Of a DNA stretch of 9,508 bases, positions 6,120 through 9,508 are shown in pieces; position 1 is the first letter of the stretch; each line of letters begins with the position of its first letter. Both the position numbers and the translations under genes were made by a program. The notes under the pieces were generated by a model. That model ran no database searches, was not told the DNA's origin, and saw only the letters and a list, made by a program, of their open reading frames with translations. Origin of the DNA: Fonticula alba ATCC 38817 (taxonomy: Eukaryota; Protista; Nucleariida); the NCBI GenBank assembly GCA_000388065.2, contig KB932204.1. One strand, written 5' to 3'.

Positions 6120-8208
6120 ATGTCCTCCCTCGAGAACGCCCTCGTGGAGAACGAGATCTCCCCGGAGATCCTCGCCATGACCGACGGCGAGCTCCGTCGC
6201 CGGATCAACGACATCGATGACGCCACGCAGGTGCGTGGGCTCCGGCCGACTGCCTTCCCTTGTTGCTCTGCTCGTCCCCCTGCTCTCGTCCATCCGCTCG
6301 CGCCACCCTCCCCCTAACGCCCCCGATTGCCTCTGTGGCCCTGGCGGCCGGCGCTTCCTTCCCCCCTTCCTGCTCTCGCTCTTGGCCCTCCCGCTGCCCT
6401 GCTCTTCCCCCCCCCCCCCGGCCCCGCTCGGGCCCGCCACAGTCCATGCAGAACCAAATCAATGCCATGGACAACGAGCGTAGCGGCAAGATGGAGATCC
6501 TGAACGCCAACCGGTCGCGCATCCGCGTGAACAAGCAGATGCCCTACCTGGTGGCCAACGTGGTGGAGGTCCTGTCGCCGGCCGACCTGGCCGCGGCCGC
6601 CGACGAGATCGACGGCGAGGCGGACGGCCCGGACGACGGGGCGCACGTCAACGAGGATGACAACCGCGACCACAAGTCGGCCGTGGTCAAGACCAGCACC
6701 CGGCAGACGGTGTTCCTGCCGATCGCCGGGCTGGTGGACCCGGAGTCTCTGCGCCCGGGCGACCTGGTCGGCGTCAACAAGGACAGCTTCCTCATCCTGG
6801 ACACGCTGCCGCCCGAGTATGACCCCCGTGTGAAGGCCATGGAGGTGGATGAGAAGCCGACTGAGGACTACAGGTGCGTGTGTCTGCTGGCTTGGGCTTG
6901 CCTTGTGTCCGGGGCACATATGCTGACTCTCTCTCTCTCTCTCTCTCCCCCTCCCCCTGTGTGTGCGTGTGCTGTGCGACTCGAATGGGGGCGGTGGGCT
7001 GCCGCATGGGGCTGCTTCTGTGTCTCCTGCTCCACTTCGCCGCCGTCATTTTTCTGCTGCTGCCCTCGGCGCTTGTCTTCCATCTGTCCCCCCTCCTGTC
7101 GCGCTCTCTTTTTGCGTTTTTTTCCATTGTCGCCTGCTGCCATCTGCTCCCCTTCCCCCCCCGCCCCCCCGTCCTTCGCTCTCGTCCCCCCTCTCGGCCC
7201 GGGCTGCTCGGCACATGCAGCGATGTCGGCGGCCTCGAGAAGCAGATCGAGGAGCTGGTCGAGGCGGTGGTCCTGCCAATCACGCACAAGGACCGCTTCG
7301 AGAAGCTGGGCATTCGGCCGCCCAAGGGCTGCCTGCTGTACGGGCCGCCCGGGACCGGGAAGACGCTGATGGCGCGCGCGTGTGCGGCCCAGACGAACTC
7401 CTGCTTCTTGAAGCTGGCCGCGCCGCAGCTGGTGCAGATGTTCATCGGTGATGGCGCGAAGCTGGTGCGCGATGCCTTCGCCCTGGCCAAGGAGAAGGCC
7501 CCGGCCATCATCTTCATCGATGAGCTGGATGCCATCGGTACCAAGCGCTTCGACTCCGACAAGTCCGGCGACCGTGAAGTCCAGCGGACCATGTTGGAGT
7601 TGCTCAACCAGCTGGACGGCTTCAGCAGCAATGACCAGGTGAAGGTGATCGCCGCCACCAACCGCATTGACATCCTGGATCCGGCGCTCCTGCGCTCCGG
7701 GCGTTTGGACCGGAAGATCGAGTTCCCCCACCCGAACGGTGCGTCTGCCTCCTGTGCCTGCCCTTGCCGGCGGTTGCACGTTCCCCTCCCCCCCGTCCGA
7801 GCTCGAGGAGGGCGGGGAGCGGGGGGAGGAACAACTCGTGTATGCTTGTGCGATCGAAGATCTGGCCCCCGATCTGACACCTACTGACCTGCCTGGTGGT
7901 GCGCATTGTCCGTCGTCCGCCTCCCCGCAACCCCTGGCTCAATATCATGGTGCATACATGCAGAGGAGGCCCGTGCGCAGATTCTCAAGATCCACTCGCG
8001 GAAAATGACCGTCCACCCGGGGGTCAACTACGAGGAGCTGGCCCGGTCGACGGAGGACTTCAACGGCGCCACCCTGAAGGCCGTGTGCGTGGAGGCCGGC
8101 ATGATCGCCCTGCGGAGGGGCGCCTCCGAGATCCACCACGAGGACTTCATGCAGGGTGTCCAGGAGGTCCAGGCCAAGAAGAAGGCCACGCTCAACTACT
8201 TTGCTTGA
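6120..8208 (+). CDS. RPT5: 26S proteasome regulatory AAA-ATPase subunit RPT5 (6A, TBP-1); join(6120..6230,6443..6873,7221..7738,7964..8208), 434 aa
   Basis: [25 protein letters not shown], spliced [26 protein letters not shown], Walker A GPPGTGKT, pore loop LVQMFIGDG, Walker [34 protein letters not shown], spliced [14 protein letters not shown]-terminus [10 protein letters not shown]; all three introns phase-compatible, total 1305 nt. Confidence 0.97.
6231..6442 (+). other. RPT5 intron 1 (212 nt)
   Basis: GTGCGT donor, CACAG acceptor, CTAAC at 6314-6318. Confidence 0.9.
6874..7220 (+). other. RPT5 intron 2 (347 nt) with (CT)10 at 6927-6946
   Basis: GTGCGT donor, TGCAG acceptor; restores EDY-S-DVGG. 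Confidence 0.95.
7739..7963 (+). other. RPT5 intron 3 (225 nt)
   Basis: GTGCGT donor, TGCAG acceptor, TACTGAC at 7882-7888; restores PN-E-EAR. Confidence 0.95.
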
Positions 8209-8219
8209 GCGCGGTGGCG

Positions 8220-8309
8220 CGCAGCCTTGGCCGAGGCCGATCCCCCCCCCCCCNNNNNNNNNNCGCAGCCTTGGCCGAGGCCGATCCCCCCCCCCCCCCC
8301 CCCCCCCCC
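8220..8309. other. 10-N gap flanked by a duplicated 22-mer plus poly-C; probable contig-overlap artefact
   Basis: CGCAGCCTTGGCCGAGGCCGAT at 8220-8241 and again at 8264-8285, each followed by a C run; Ns at 8254-8263. Confidence 0.8.
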
Positions 8310-9508
8310 GGGGCCGCGAGGCCGGCGCGTGGTCCCCCTGCTCTTTCCCCCGGCGGGCCGCCCCCCCCCCCCCCCGCCCCGCCCCCCCACCCCCCCCCCC
8401 CCCCCCCTCCGGGGGAGTGGTGCCGGCGCTGTGTTGCCGGTGTCTTTTGCCGGGGGTGTGGCCCCCCCCCCCGCCCGGGGGCCGCCCCCCCGGCCCCCGG
8501 GCCCCCCCCCCCCCCCCGGGAGGGCGGCCCCGTTCCCGGCGCCCGGGGCACAGCGGCCAGCCGCATCGGCGCCCTGCCGGAATGTGCGCATCTCCCTTTC
8601 TGCTCCTGCTCCTGTCCCATTTTGAGTCAGTGCTCCTGGGGGGCGCTCTGGGGGAGGGGGCAGGAGGAAGAGGAGCGAAGCGGGGGCCTCTTTCTCGGCC
8701 GTATCCGGTTGCGCACGCGGCGCCGTGTGCTTTGCCTGCCCTTTGCCCCCCCCCCCCCTCGTCTTCTCCCTTTCTCTCGATAAAAAATACTACACAATTC
8801 ACATTTCCCTACTGACACCAATATATGAATGTGACCAAATGGCCGTGTGGCATGAGGGGCGTGGGGTTCCTCTGTGTCCTTCGTGAGCGTGAGTCCGTTT
8901 TCTTCCGCGCATCAGGCACACTTCGCCCGCATCGGTGTGTTGATACCGCGTCTCTCGAATTGTCGGGGGCGGGGTCGATCGCGCAGGCGGTCACGCCCTT
9001 CTAGATCACGCGTATGTTTCTCCCCCAGCAGAATCGCCAGAACCTGCCGTGAGGGGCAGGAGCTGGTGCCCCCCATGCCCTGTGGTGTTTCCCCGAAGGT
9101 CGGACGGCGGGCGGGGGGCGTGGAGTGAACATGGCCCGGCTGGCGCCGGGATGGGGGGGGGGGGTCTGCTTCGTGCGGCTCACAGCGCGCGGAGGCGGCG
9201 GCCGCGGGGATCGGTGTGGCCGTGGGTGCCTGGCACATCCGAGGCTGGTCGGCCGCGAGGGGAGCCTCAGGCCCCCGGCTCCGCGGCGTTGCCCTCCTGC
9301 CCCTTGAGACCCTCGGGGGGCTGGATTGGTCTGGGCATCCCCGTCTCCTCCCCCCCCCCCGGCGTCCAGGGCGGGCGCTATCCCATCCGAGCACATGGGG
9401 ACCTGGGGCACCAATCGGGAAGGGGGCACGGGGGCTGACGATCTGTCACCGCACCGCCGGCCCGGTTCTCTGCCCGCGGTGTGGTTGTTCCGGGCGCCCC
9501 TTCCGGCC

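Noticed and set aside
6575-6676. Long acidic loop in the RPT5 OB-fold region
   Set aside because: This loop is acidic and length-variable in known Rpt5 proteins; 34 aa is only modestly longer than the versions I recall.
8220-8285. Direct 22-bp repeat as a target-site duplication or regulatory repeat
   Set aside because: It exactly flanks a 10-N gap and both copies run into poly-C, which is typical of unmerged overlapping contig ends.
8810-8816. TACTGAC after RPT5 as the branch point of a 3'-UTR intron
   Set aside because: The first downstream AG is a poor GAG context at 8855-8856, and no suitable donor lies 50-90 nt upstream.
9012-9028. GTATGT...CCCCCAG as a 17-nt micro-intron
   Set aside because: Real introns here are 92-347 nt; there is no branch motif and no flanking ORF that it would repair.
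8826-9438. Short ORFs at the right end on both strands
   Set aside because: No motifs, no coding-like GC3 pattern and no consistent splice structure.

Overview
Very GC-rich eukaryotic genomic DNA from a draft scaffold with three N-gaps. It holds three spliced protein-coding genes that could be reconstructed by hand with in-frame GT-AG introns: (1) a Psr1/Psr2/SCP1-like FCP1-family HAD phosphatase (+, 2 exons, 699 aa) with an unusual long C-terminal extension; (2) an EMC7-like ER membrane complex subunit (-, 4 exons, 264 aa, missed as a unit by the ORF track); (3) 26S proteasome AAA-ATPase RPT5/PSMC3 (+, 4 exons, 434 aa) whose C-terminal gate-opening tail ends YFA rather than YYA. Most other long ORFs in the track are GC-rich shadow frames. 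The most striking unexplained structure is the intron architecture. All 7 introns carry a CTRAC branch-like motif, usually about 50-85 nt from the donor and up to about 290 nt from the acceptor, and no AG occurs between it and the 3' splice site, which suggests distant branch points with first-AG scanning. Protein style suggests an opisthokont protist (a Fonticula-like organism is a guess only, unverified). No CRISPR array, mobile element, tRNA or rRNA could be supported.
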